64,000 nt of DNA, from positions 372,001 to 436,000 of the forward strand of contig CM035351.1 of NCBI GenBank assembly GCA_020137815.1. Direction: 5' to 3'. This stretch comes from Hormiphora californensis. Lineage: Eukaryota > Animalia > Ctenophora. This document shows positions 1-15,400 of this stretch, piece after piece; position 1 is the first letter of the stretch, and every line of letters begins with the position of its first letter. The position numbers and the translations under genes were made by a program. Under the pieces are notes generated by a model. The model ran no database searches. It saw only the letters and a list, made by a program, of their open reading frames with translations, and was not told the origin of the DNA.

Positions 1-128
1 AATTTGGGTATTTACAATACGAATACACTTTATACAATCTGATAGTCTCTGGTTTTATTTACAAATGTGTACAGTTTTAGTTTACTCGCTCTGCGATCTG
101 AATAGTGTCTTGGTTTAGTTTAGCACCT

Positions 129-2334
<2,206 letters not shown>

Positions 2335-2630
2335 GGCGCCGTCTCTCTGGTCCCGGTAAACAGCCAAGTAGCCCAGTTGCTTATCAAGCAAACCAGTCCG
2401 AACCATCACCAATCAATTGGCTCATCCTTCTAAAGTTGGGGTTGATTGGATACAGAATTGGATAAAAATTGTACAAAACAGGAGGCATTCTCTAAAATAT
2501 TCACTGAAAAACAATCAAAATCGAAATACACACTCAATTACATACTAAAGTACAAACATTCACAATTCCATAAACCCCTGTACAAACATACACACTACTG
2601 ATTCTGATTTCTGATAACATTGTTCCTTTG

Positions 2631-5042
2631 TCAGTAGCAATACCCGCACCCCACCCCCTCCTCCGGCTGACTGCCCTCCACTGGGGAGTGAGGCTGGAAG
2701 GAATGGAGGGCAAAACTTGGCATTGAATCTGGAGAGGGATCAACATCATCCACATCATATCTCTGGTCCAACATCAATTCACACAGCCGGTCAAAAGCAG
2801 CTGCGATGTTGCGGTCCTCTTTAGCGCTCACCAGCGCATATTCCAAACAGTACAGATCGGATAGTCGAGAGAGGGAGGGCTGGAGAAAGCCGGTAGTGGA
2901 CGCCAGATCTAATTTGTTCCCAACCACCAAACCACACATGTTCTCCGGGGATTTATCATACACCTAGTAATAGGAAGGAAAGTTTCGCAACATTTTACCA
3001 GTCAAAGACTGGATATTGCTTCCTGGAAGAAGAGTTTTGTTACCTAGGTAACTATTTTTGTGGCTACATAACCCTTGTAGTTTTACTCGTAGCGCCAGAC
3101 AAGCACAGGAGTAACCACATATCCAATGGATTTAGACGCATACACTAGCACAAGAGTTAAACGGAAAAATTGTTTTTTTTGCCCTGCAGAAGACGGGTTA
3201 GGCCTTTGGGGGTGGTTACTGGTTACTATGAAATATTAAAGTTCTGTAGAAGTACCCGTACACGAGCACAAGACGAAAATAAACATTTCTAATCTAGACG
3301 AGACAGATTCTATGGAATCAGATGACAAGAAGGAATCAGGAAATACTGGTCCCTGATTGGCTAATAACCAGTCACGTGACCTAAATAGCGAGTTCTGATT
3401 GGTTGTTTACTTGTTTCTAATCTAGACGAGACAGATTCTATGGAATCAGATGACAAGAAGGAATCAGGAAATACTGGTCCCTGATTGGCTGATAACCAGT
3501 CACGTGACCTAAATAACGAGTTCTGATTGGTTGTTTACTTGGTCCGGTCGGTTCCTGAGACGAGACAGATTCTATGGAACCAGATGACAAGAAGGAATCA
3601 CCTCTAAACAGTTATCACAGATATCTGACAAGTACCTGGGGTATCCAGGTGTGCTCTATGCTATCCAGAGTCTCCTTTCTCTCCATATCAAACACATAGA
3701 GAACACCGTGTGCGTTGCGATAAAACATGTTGGAGAGAGCATGGTATCTCTCCTCACCCGCTGTGTCCCACAACTGCAACTTTATAGATCGTCCTGGGAG
3801 GGGAGAGGGAGGATGGTGATGTATCCGTGTGGGATGTATCCGTGTGTCGGTTAAATTTGCAATTCGAGAAAATTTCACGGTTAAATTTGCGATTCGGGAA
3901 AATTTTCTCGGTCAAATTTACGATCCGAGAAAAATTTCTCGGTTAAATTTGCGATTTGAGAAAATGTTCTCGGTTAAATTTGCGATTCGAGAAAATTTTC
4001 TCGGTTAAATTTACGATTCGAGAAATTTTTTTCGGTTAAGTTTGCGATTCGGGAAAATTTTCTCGGTTAAATTTACGATCCGAAAACAATTTCTCGGTTA
4101 AATTTGCGATTCGTCAAAATACTTTCGGTTAAATTTGCGACTCTGCAATTTTTCTCGGTTAAATTTGCGATTCGGGAAAACTTCTTCGGTTAAATTTGTG
4201 ATTCGGGAAAATTTCTTCGGTTAAATTTGTGGATAATGTTTTAATTATGCACTGAACTGCTGTAGACATCACCCACTCACTTCACCCACACACAACACCC
4301 ACACACATGACCAAGCCTGTACGACAGGTTATTGATCACCGGCTGTATTACAGCACGAGAGAGCCGTCACTAGTATCGTGCAGTGATCCGAAGATCATGA
4401 TAACAATTAATATGACGTGATCAACTGCTATAGCCCAACTGTTCATTCTGAGAATTCTGATACAAAGATATTATTTGCCGTACTGATATATGAGGTAACT
4501 CCAACCCCCCAGTTTCATCTCCTTGTTTAACATGGGAGTTACCAAGGGAATCCACTGGGTTCGATTAATCTAGGCACATACCCACAGTACTATTCGAATT
4601 GGCGTATCTTTATATCAGGAATCTCGGATAGCAACAATCCTTGTGTTTTTAAATTTGTGATTCGGGAAAACTTCTTCGGTCAAATTTGTGATTCGGGAAA
4701 ACTTCTTCGGTTAAATTTGCGATTCGGGAAAACTTCTTCGGTTAAATTTGTGATTCGGGAAAATTTCTTCGGTTAAATTTGCGATTCGGGAAAATTTTCT
4801 CTGTTAAATTCGCAATTCGAGAAAAGTCCACCCCGCTATCAACCAAAAACACAATGACATCTGTGCTTACCCCGAATGGTGCGTGAAATGGTGGCAAGTT
4901 CAACGCATATTGTAGAGGGACGATTCTGGAAGGTCCCGTCCACTAATCTCCGAACCAAACAGCTCTTCCCTACACTCTTATCTCCAATCAGAAGGACTTT
5001 AAATATGTAATCTGTCAAGTCATAGTCATCAGGGTGAGACAT
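2631..5042 (-). CDS. Rab-family small GTPase (divergent), 3 exons
   Basis: FKVLLIGDKSVGKS (G1), IKLQLWDTAGEERY (G3), FYRNAHG, VVGNKLD (G4), SAK (G5), C-terminal CGYCY; exons about 4871-5042, 3636-3794 and 2631-2963. Confidence 0.88.
3290..3600. repeat. Dispersed repeat family (GGAAATACTGGTCCCTGATTGGCTGATAACCAGTCACGTGACC...), tandemly duplicated here
   Basis: Two to three local copies; the same motif recurs at about 27793-27865 and partially at about 63976. Confidence 0.75.
3848..4825. repeat. Minisatellite of about 31 bp (CGGTTAAATTTGCGATTCGGGAAAATTTTCT) split by a roughly 400-bp insert
   Basis: Arrays at about 3848-4230 and 4650-4825. The insert contains imperfect inverted repeats (about 4440-4490 and 4575-4635). 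Confidence 0.85.
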
Positions 5043-5231
5043 AAACTAGATATCAGAAGGGTCGGGATGAGTATTATATGTGGCACAATTTAATAAGTTC
5101 GGGGACTTTAAAATGTTGTAAAATAGATTCAATATATCTGTCACAAATTAATAAGTTATACATTGATGTTAGAATTCTAACCACATTGATCTGCTAATTG
5201 TTAGAATTCTAACCACATTGATCTGCTATTG

Positions 5232-8200
5232 TTAGAATTCTAACCACTCCTTCATATATTTGCAGGAGCTCGGTGATACCAGTCCCCCGGGTGTACATTG
5301 TGTTGTTAGAGGGCACACCCCACACGGAACCCTGCTGACACCTGGTGGGGGGGGGGGGGGGTGAGGTTTAGTATTACGGTACTGACACCTAGCTGAGAGG
5401 TGAGGTTTAGTATGGTTACTGAGACCTGGCAGCTAGGGAAGGGAGGGGCACACATAACAGGTACTGACACAGACGCCAGGATACAAACTCACTAGGAAAA
5501 GAAAGGGTGTACCTGATGTAAGAGGCTGGTGTTTGATTGCTCTATAAAATGTCATCCTCTTCCCACCCTCTCCTAATGTATAGGTCCTGCACACGAACCC
5601 ATCGAACACTAAAGATTCCAGAATCTGCTTCACTTCTTCTTCCTCCAACTCCACCTGGTACACAACATGGTCAAATGGTTGTCAAGAGGCTGCCCTCTCC
5701 GAGTTCATGTGACATATGACAATCAAACGGGATGTAAACTACACACGGTCAATAAAACTACATGACATATATCATATGGTTGGTAACATCTCAAACAGTA
5801 TTGTAATGTAGAGGGGGCATGTGAAACTCTATACCCGGATGTGGTTCCTTATTTTGAGTTGAAAATAACTCGCTTATACATTGCATATTTAAATCGTTTA
5901 GAATTACATACTGTGAGCTGTCACTTTGATAAAATTATCTAAATACTCATTCTATCACGAACTTAAATAGCTGTCATACCCTGACCCAGTGATGGATGAA
6001 GATGACATGATGCTAAATTCAATCTTTAACCCAAGATTCAGTCAAATTCAATCATGTTTCTCAGTACTACCTTGCTGATTCCTAGTTGGCTGATAAAGTT
6101 CTTAACTTGCTTGATATCAACCATCATATTCCGTTGAGCCGCCATGGGATCGGAGTGAGTTACCTCCGCGTGGGAACGCTGTCTCTGAAGAGAGGTAAAG
6201 AAATAAAGACCAGACGTCATGTAAATAACTGACAAAATTTAAATAGTTTACTAAGAGACAAGGGACATAAATATATGTTATTTCTCTAAAGAGTTATACA
6301 TTACTCTTTAGAGAAAATTCAGTGCTACTTGAGAGATGTCAGACGACCATTGGAGATCACAGTGCTTTAGTCAATACACAATTCATTTTAACGGCTGAAA
6401 ACAGCTGTCTCAACCAGCAAGGGTGGTTGATTGGACAGCGAATAATCTTAGAAATTATGCAGTTGTTAAGAGAGAAACGAAGCGCTATTTCATTGGACGG
6501 TGATTGGATGAGAACCTCATCGTTAGGTTCTAACCGGCGGGGAGCGATAAGAGAGGGTCGAGCAAGGCATGGTTTGTCAATGGTGGGAAAGTCAATACTT
6601 CTAGTTCTACATGGCTTGATACCTCACTAGAAAACACAGTACAATCCCCTACCTGTAGGTATGTGAGAGTTTGTCTCTCCTGTCCCTACCTGTAGGTATG
6701 TGAGAGTTTGTCTCCCCAAAATATCCACAAACTCCGTCTCGAAATCACTCTCACTGTACCAGGCACCCCCAGTAAGACTGCTGTCCGGTTTTGTATCAAA
6801 TAACATGTAAACCTTCTTCTTTGAGTCGTTCACCGGCCGAACTGATTTGATTGTCTTCTTACTTTCCAAAACCTTTAGGACCTTGTTCAGCTGGGTGAGC
6901 TGTAGATTGGATTTGAACCGGATGTCTTTCACCCAAATACCTGGAAAGGTGTTCAATGTTCAGTGTTCACTGTCGTCTGTCAAGGCTATGGGCCGTCCTA
7001 AACACATGGCTTTCACGTTTCCTTAATTAAAAAGGACTCCAAGGAGATATGCCGTCACTTCAGAGATAGGTAGATGGGAGCTTACCTTTGTTACCGGCTT
7101 CTTCGATGATCTTGAAGACAATCTTCTCCTCCTGCCCCATGCCCTTTGTAGAGGCAGAGGTTGCAGGACCACCAGCCTTCAGCTGATAGATCAATATTGA
7201 ACCCTGAAGTAATGAATTGAGTGTTGATATACAGGGCGTGAGTGGCCAATATCACTTGTTGATATTACTTATTGGTGAAATTAATGAGAGTGGAGAACAC
7301 ACCAACGAGATAGAGATGCTAAATGAGAAACTCTGACAACGAAGAAACAGATTGGGGTGATGATCTAGCCCCAACAAACAGAGTGGGGTGATGAATGATG
7401 ATTGAGGTGATCTAGCCCCAACTATATTACCTGAGTTTTCAGATCTATTTTCCCCGCAGTAAGTAGCTTATTAATCAGAGCCACCAACTTGTCTTTCGTT
7501 GTCTTCATCTGATGATGGAGGAATTTACTGTCAATATAATGAAGAGGAAGATATGTCGAAATTCGACATACTTTTTATTAAACCTTGATCTACCAAACCC
7601 TCACATCATAAATGTGGGGTGATCCACCATCTCATCCAAATGATCCACACAACTGTCCGGACGTGAAGGCGGAGTGATCTGGTAAATTTGGTACGCTGTA
7701 GTGTACTTGTCAAAGTACGGCTAGCCAAAGCAGAGATTACCTTGCGTGACCCTCTCTCACCGACGGGTTAGAACAAAAGAAATGAAGGAAGAGTCAAGAT
7801 AGAACGAGAACGAGAAAGGGGCCGACTAAAAGAGGAAGTGAGAAACAGACAAGGAAGGGATGCTAGACAAGTTTATCCTAGTTCAGTTACCATAGTAACC
7901 AGTGAATTTTGAGATGGTTTGGTGAGTACAAAGAATTAATTTTTCTGTGTCAATGTTGGCGAGATTCACACTTAACATTCACACTTCGGGTAATTAAAAT
8001 CACTTTTAATTCCCTTTTAATTATGGCTAAAAATCAAAATCATCTGTGGACGTTTTCTTGATTAAGTCTGAAATGTATATTTTCATTCGTCCATTTACTT
8101 GTTGTGGTTGAAAACACTAATTATTGTCCCCCGAAGCACCTCAATTTCTGTTCTTTCCGCCTCTTGACCACGTCTTCAGGTGTAAGGACCTTGGGTACCC

Positions 8201-11200
8201 CCTTGGTCTCTACCAAACACGCGGACATGAGCCCACCGAGGAGCTGGAGGCAGCCCATTAGAAGAAGAGGAAAACCATTACTTGTCATCTGGGACAGGAC
8301 CCCAAACATCATAGGGGCAAAGAATCCCCCAACTCGACCAGTAGAACTGCCAATGCTAAAGATAAACCCGGCGTGTGAGGCAGGAGGAATCTCCCCAGTC
8401 CACAGGAACACTCCAGAATAGGGAATATCCAAGAAAAACTTCCCAGCCAGAGATGCAATATTACTAACGGTCCAGTCCCCTAAAATTGGGGCGTGTACCA
8501 GGGCAGTGAACATGCAGCATGCCGCTATGAGAAATCCTGATACCATGGTCCACCTCCTTCCCATCGTGTATGCTAAATAAGTCCATGTCAGACCGGAGAG
8601 AACCTCAATAACCCCGTTAACTGTGTACCCAACATAGGGATCAGGGAGGATGTTCACCCACCCAAAGTTGAGAGCATTGTACCCCATTGAGCAGATCATC
8701 CAGAGGTAAAGAAGGGCCAGAGTTTCAGCCACCATGACTTTGTTCCATGTAAGCGATTTATCTTCAATCTGGTCATCAATAGGGGGAGGAAGGATATTAA
8801 TGTTGTCTATAAACTCAGGACCAGTTGGTCCGTCATTGATCCTAAAGAGAGTTTTTAAACACCGATTAGCCGAGTCTTGATCACCCCTGATTAGTTGCCA
8901 CTGGGGTGACTCGGGGGCGGTTGCCATGGGAACCAGAAACACTGCTGACAGGATAGCAACAGCAACATGATAGTGTTGCCAGTGAGTCACAATTGCAGCT
9001 GCCATTGCGAACAGGGCCGATGATCCACCCTGAGCCACCATCACCAGGGTATTGGCTGTGTTAGCGTGAGATGACGGGAAGAACTCTAGAAGGAGGAGGT
9101 AGTTTGCTGCGTAAGAGGGGTACATGGTAGCTCCCTGTAGGAACCGAACCGCTAAGAGGAGAGGGTAACTGAGCGGGTAGGTCAGACCCAGAAGGGAAGA
9201 GAGAACTAGGAGGACAGTCCATGTTAATGAGGACGGTTTCCGACCGAATCGGTCCAAGGTGTAGCTATTTATGAACAGTCCAGCTATACCGCCAATGAAG
9301 AAGACAGAGGATACCATGCTGACTGCAAATGGCTTACAAACTATATCAAGATCGATTGCGAATGAGGTTTTTCCCTCGGCGGGCACCCAATTGAAGTCCA
9401 TTCCCACTTCCCAGTTGCTCTGGTTGCAGGGATATAACGGGTGATTTGTGGTGTTACTAATCATATCATCTTTACAACGGTCTGAGATGCAAATCCAAGA
9501 CTCCGGTAGACGTCCTGAAATGTAAACCATTATTTTCTCCAGCAAATATTTCTTAGCAGTGTGAGCTACACCAGCAAATATGAGAGGGTGCAGGTATCTC
9601 ACTATCTAAAAGAGGGCCTGGCGAACCTGCAAAGGTTGGATAGTAGATGATTAGGGCTTGTGTTAGGGACCACCCTGCAAGAGAGAGCACAAGCACCACC
9701 AACTTCCATTGCCTTTCCCTGTAGATCTTTCCAAGAATCTCTTGAAATACATTATCAGTATCTACTGAGGTCCCCCAGTGGCCCCCAATCCAATCATTGT
9801 CAGTATCATCACCCTCAGATAAGAGTCTAGCTAATTGATCCTTTTCCTTGTTTTGTTTGAACAAGGTAACCTTTTCCTTCATGAGCTAACGCCTAAAAAT
9901 GGTTCAAATGGTTTAGAAACGTCTAATAGTGGAGATATTTCTACCAAGGTCATCCCCCTACCAAGGGGGCCTACAAATTAAAATACGGTATGCAAACACC
10001 ATCAAACACCACCAAAGGAGTCAGGATAAATTGAAGCAACTGAAGTTTATAGGTTTTCTATATCGCAGATCTGTAACAGCAGAAAGCAAAAAAGTGAATA
10101 AGCCGAGACAAAGTATATGCGATATAATGTACTTGAGATGTTCTTCTCAAGAAGAAGAATGGTATAAACCTCAATTTGATAAGCTCCTGTGCCGGCGCTC
10201 CTACACAGCAGCTGTGGACCACAGGTAAGGAGCTGGCTCACAAGGGACTGGAGGATGATACATCCCTCCCTCGCAGGGCCGCTTTTTTAGACAATCCTGT
10301 TGTATGACACATATAACATAACAGGGATGAGGAAAAAACAGAGAGCATAGAACCGTGTGGAGTGAGTGACCCCTGTGGTGATCTCACGTAGTTCAGAATT
10401 TGGTCAGGCATAGGCCATAGTAGACTCAGGATGTTACAAAGTGAACAACTTTAAAACATCAGCCCTACACAGCTGATCCAGAGGAGCATAGAACCGGTTA
10501 AAAAACGTCTTTTTGGTCAGTATCCAACGATTCAACAAGGGTGCCACCCAACTAGCAGGTCAGTAATCCAATGATTCAACAAGGGTGCCACCCAACTAGC
10601 AGGTCAGTAATCCAATGATTCAACAAGGGTGCCACCCAACTAGCAGGTCAGTAATCCAATGATTCAACAAGGGTTCCACCCAACTAGCAGGTCAGTAATC
10701 CAATGATTCAACAAGGGTGCCACCCAACTAGCAGGTCAGTAATCCAATGATTCAACAAGGGTGCCACCCAACTAGCAGGTCAGTAATCCAATGATTCAAC
10801 AAGGGTGCCACCCAACTAGCAGGTCAGTAATCCAATGATTCAACAAGGGTGCCACCCAACTAGCAGGTCAGTAATCCAATGATTCAACAAGGGTGCCACC
10901 CAACTAGCAGGTCCAATGAATTACGACTCATTCTCACACACTGTTGTGCAGGTACACAACACATGTCTCATTATTTACCACGCATTTACCACGCATTATA
11001 TTGGGTTATTAGAATGCTTTCGAAAGCGGGGGTAACGTAGTGTGATAGATGGGGAATGAAATTCTGGATTTAGTTTGGTTACGAATTCACCCCTATCATT
11101 GCTTGCACGGAGAGGGGTAATTTCATTACCAAAGTTTTAGCTGTCAGAGCATTGGCCTGACCCTATTCTTATTTCTCTCAAATAAGGAGCGCGTGTGAAC

Positions 11201-11623
11201 TGTGTTCAGAATATTGGCCTGACAGAGTTTTAGTCAGATACATATTCTTATCACATATATATTCGACACCCCACCCAATAGTTTTGCAATTATGCATCCA
11301 CATTATTGAGCAACTCGTATTATATGCGTCAACGTCTGGCTAGACACCGGAGCGAATAAGTTATATATTTTCTTTGCATTTTAAATTACCCCCCCCCCCC
11401 CCCCCCCCCCGGAGTAACTGCCCCCAGAATAGCCTACCTTTTATTTTAGCAGGTTATCAGTGATCCCCCCACCCCCAGAATAAACTACCTTTTGTTTCAG
11501 TAGGTTTTCAGTGACTCCCCCACCCCCAGAATAACCTACCTTTTGTTTCAGCAGGTTATCAGTGACTCCCTCTGGGTGCTCCTGAAGCAGCGACAGCAGC
11601 TGTTCTTCCTCCTTACTAGACAT
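5232..11623 (-). CDS. POLR3F: RNA polymerase III subunit RPC6/C34, about 7 exons
   Basis: MSSKEEEQLL...|...LINKLL...|...EEKIVFKIIEEAGNK|GIWVKDIRFKSNL...KVLKVLESKKTIKSV...KKVYMLFDTKPDSSLTGGAWY...LGISK|VELEEE...; Fe-S motif PCGVCP...C...SPSSCKYMKEWLEF*. Confidence 0.93.
8121..9882 (-). CDS. SLC22/organic cation transporter-like MFS protein, 2 exons, nested in POLR3F intron 1
   Basis: LDRFGRK, LLEFFP, PESPQW, MGRR and LVETKG motifs. An intron at 9515-9626 (GTTCGC...TTTCAG) joins PTFAG to RLPESW in phase. Confidence 0.88.
10524..10915. repeat. 44-bp tandem repeat, about 9 near-identical copies
   Basis: CCAATGATTCAACAAGGGTGCCACCCAACTAGCAGGTCAGTAAT head-to-tail, with no spacers. Confidence 0.95.
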
Positions 11624-11893
11624 GTTAACCTCAGAAATAGGAAACCTCTTGTCTTTTACATCTCTTCAGCCGTGTGTGTCATTATCTATAGTTAAAAGTG
11701 GTATTTAGCAGTGGTTATTCAGTCAGTTAACAGTTATCCAGTCAGAATGACGGAGTGCTCTCGTATTGATTGAGTTGTTCAGACGATTAACAAACGCGTA
11801 GGGTTTCGATGGCACGGAAAGGCAAATGGTGAATTACACACAGACAAATGCACATGAATTACACACTAATATTCAACTAAATTGTCCTATACT

Positions 11894-13088
11894 CTACCCC
11901 ATGGCTTCCTTCTCCTTGTTAATCTGGGTGGCCATTTTGAAGGATCTAAACAATTTGGCCTGTATCAGGGTGGGAGAATTCTTCAGGGGCGGTTCCGGTG
12001 TTCGGGCTCTCCGGGTCCGGTCTGTTCCAGGCATGGGTACCAATCTAAAGGCATTGGACGCTCTGCTGATGACACTATTAGAAAATGATCCTCTCCCTCG
12101 AACCCTCACCAGCCTGGAGAGGTCCTCAATTCGTGAGAAGTAGATGAGAGGGTTGGCCGCTGCGTTCATCGCAACAGATAACCGAGATACAAATATCTGG
12201 AGGTAAATAGCGACATCACCCCTCAGCCACGTGATTGGATTTAGTTTCCTGCCCAACAGGACACTGTACAGCACCCAACATGGCATGTTAAACACCGCAT
12301 ATACCAGGGTCATTATCAGTATTGTTCCCGTGGCTTGCCGTGTTTTTATCGCCCTGTCAGTCATCACCGCCGCTGCTCCAAGAGCCCCACCGGGAAGGGA
12401 TGCCTGGCCACCAGGCCGGAATCGGGGTGCTAGCCGGCGCCGTGTCCTGTCTGATTGTATCAGGGTTACTATGGAGATGATGGATGAGAGGAACGACAAC
12501 TACACCGGGTACCAGCCAGGGTAGGACAATAGTGGCGTAGGTCAGGGCATACCAGGTGTTAGTAGCCCTCACAAAACTCAGCTCATTAATCCCCCAAGAA
12601 CACTGTCCGAAATGGTGAGAGTAGTGGTAGCCCAGGGGACTGAAGAAAATGGGTGTACCCGCTAGAGCCAGATTTACCACAAAATACACAAATGCTGGAA
12701 TCATAAAGTACCGTGTCCGGGACTTCCTAAAAGGGAACAGCATGGAGATACACCGGGCCAGTCCTAGCAGGGCGATCAGGAACACAGACATCCTGGAGGT
12801 CACATTAAAGAGAAACCCGGATAGAAAACAAATGACGTTGTTACCAAGGAACATTGCTTTTTTAATGTTCATCATGCTGACTGCGGAGGGGAAGGAGGCG
12901 CAGAGAGTGACAATATCTGTTATCACTATTAGCAGGTAGAACCTGCTGGAAAGCTGTTCTATTGTCCGGTGAAAGTAGGGGATTGTTACGATGTTCAGGG
13001 TAGATCCAATAACAACGCTAGCCATTTCAACTACACCAAACAGGTAATCCACCATTTCGGTCTTGGTACCGTCCTCTGTTTCGTTCAT
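11894..13088 (-). CDS. Class A (rhodopsin-like) GPCR, intronless, with one +1 frameshift at about 12494
   Basis: TM1 GSTLN, TM2 D, TM3 LGLARC at the DRY position, TM6 FNMP, TM7 NAAANPLIY. The two ORFs join within TM5 if one base is removed (GTT GTC g TTC CTC). Confidence 0.82.
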
Positions 13089-14202
13089 AGCTGGTAACTG
13101 GAGAGAGGGTTAGGTTTAATGTACTGAGAGAGGTACTGGAGAGAGGTTAGGTTTAATGTACTGAGAGAGGAGAGGTTAGGTTTAATGTACTGAGAGAGGA
13201 GAGATAAGGTTTAATGTACTGGGGAGAGGCTTTACTTGATGTTTGAATTAATTAAGGGCCATAGCAATTAGAAATGGATGGATATGCGAGAGAGGGTCAA
13301 GCAAGAGTCAGGCAAGAGTACTGAGTAGAATGGATGGAGGAATGGTGTAAAATAGGGCAGGATATCTCTAGAACAGATCCATGTGGCAATCAAATCAAGC
13401 CAGCGGGGGTCGGCAAAACAAAATTGTTTGCTTTTGGGGTCAAGTTGGTGGCCATGATACTGTCTACCAGAGGGAGGAAGATTATCAAACTTGTAGCTGA
13501 TTCTACTAGAATCAATAAGATATTTTATTGTTTCGATTCTCTACCTGATCTGCACTGCTATTGAGACAGAGAAATATTCTAAAGCAGCATTAAACCAAGG
13601 GCTCCTCAAGCTGCACGCATGGGATGCTTTCAATCCAAAATATTTTTAAAGGCTCTATAATAGTGGAAACAGCTTTGCTGACGACAGACGCTAACGAAAC
13701 CAAGGGACACCATCTGTTCTTTTTCACGCATGTGATTGTGATAAGCAGTTTGAAAGTCACCGCGTCACACCGCTCAAAAGAGCTTGGTAGAACGTCGGCT
13801 TAGTATCACCAACCAACCAACAGCTTTGCTTTTTCATATTTTATGAGAAATTCTCGTCACATCTACGAGTACGTCGTCCAGTATACACATTATGGGAGAG
13901 ATGCTAGGGGTATGTATGTACTCGCACAATTCATAATAATATCAGCATTTGGATTTTGGTCACACTAATTAATCAGAGATCAAGCACGATATTATGAGTG
14001 TAATCATATGAGGTGAACATTAGTACAACATGACATACTAATTGATCATACTAATTGACAGGAATATTAGAGTCTAATTTAGACGGGCCACCCAGGGAGA
14101 CAATATAATGGAAACTGACAGCGTTTTGAACTAATCTACCTGCTTGCAAGTTATAGCCATCCAATTTGAGACATGAACACTCTAACGCAACGCGCTACTG
14201 TT

Positions 14203-14206
<4 letters not shown>

Positions 14207-14291
<85 letters not shown>

Positions 14292-14310
14292 AAGAAAGAG
14301 AGAAGAGAGC
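14207..14310. repeat. (GA)n microsatellite
   Basis: Direct reading; others lie at about 17958-18140, 20132-20300, 56380-56450 and 57180-57490. Confidence 0.95.
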
Positions 14311-15400
14311 GTATAAATGAAGAATGACAACTCGATGATTGAAAGATGGTGCAGTTGGTGCAATTTAAAGTGTGAACATCAACTGTGTACCCACCCACCC
14401 AGCTTCTCTGAGCCCAGCTTCTCTGAGCCCCTTCAATTGCGCTAAAGCAATTTCATTAAAACATGGCTAACTGCGTATATTGTTGACACCTTAACAATGT
14501 AACTGAGGAAGAGAGTGCGAGAGAAGGGGCATACGTTGAATGAATCAAGAGAGAAGGAGAGAGACCGTGACTGCTTCTAATATCAAAAATAGCGCTCATT
14601 GCCCCCAAAGATAAATCGCACTTACCAACAGATAGATCCATGATACTACTGATAGATCATATATCGGCATGTCCGCTCTGACGTCAGACAGATCCTGTCA
14701 CCTCAACCAATAATCAGGGAGGTAGTAAAATCTTTGATTTTCACATCCTCCTCCCATGAAAGATCCCCCTCCTGTCAATCCCCCAGGAAGGACTTCAGGG
14801 CAGACAATTCAGCGCAGCAGGTAGAGCTCTATTGTAGAGGTCATCGATCATCATGGTGCTAAAAATGGGGATTACGTTTTGAGGTTTTGGGTAATTAAAT
14901 TTTGATTGGAACTGGAGGGGTTCACCAGTCAACAGGAGAGGGTCGGACAGATTAGGGGAGTCTGTTAAATTGGTGGTGAGAGCTATTATTTGTTGCGTTT
15001 TGACGTCATTTGACAACTGACGAAAAGTCTTTTATCTGTAATCTATAACTACGTCAGATAAATCCCATGGGTAATGTAAAGTCACGTATGAGGGCACTAA
15101 GATAAAATAAAATAGCAAAATACACAATAAAAATGTACAAATTATAACCAGTCAGATTAAGAACAATCCATGTTCTATCTATCTACGGAGTGCCTGGGCT
15201 TGCCAACGGCAATCCATGTTGAACTCATGACTAGTGCATTCAAGCGTCTGTCCAGGGGGATTGCAGGGGCCTATGCTCCAGTATCATGACGATTGTTAAT
15301 GTTTCATCTCTCTCTCACACCACTCCCCGGCCTACAACACGTGTTCTCCAATGATATAACGATGTCAGATACACCCACCCACTTCAGAGTTACCCACAAT

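Noticed and set aside
9515-9626. Apparent frameshift between the two SLC22 ORFs
   Set aside because: Explained by a 112-nt GT-AG intron with correct phase.
10524-10915. CRISPR-like regular repeat
   Set aside because: Head-to-tail identical 44-bp units with no unique spacers and no cas genes, in a eukaryotic intron.
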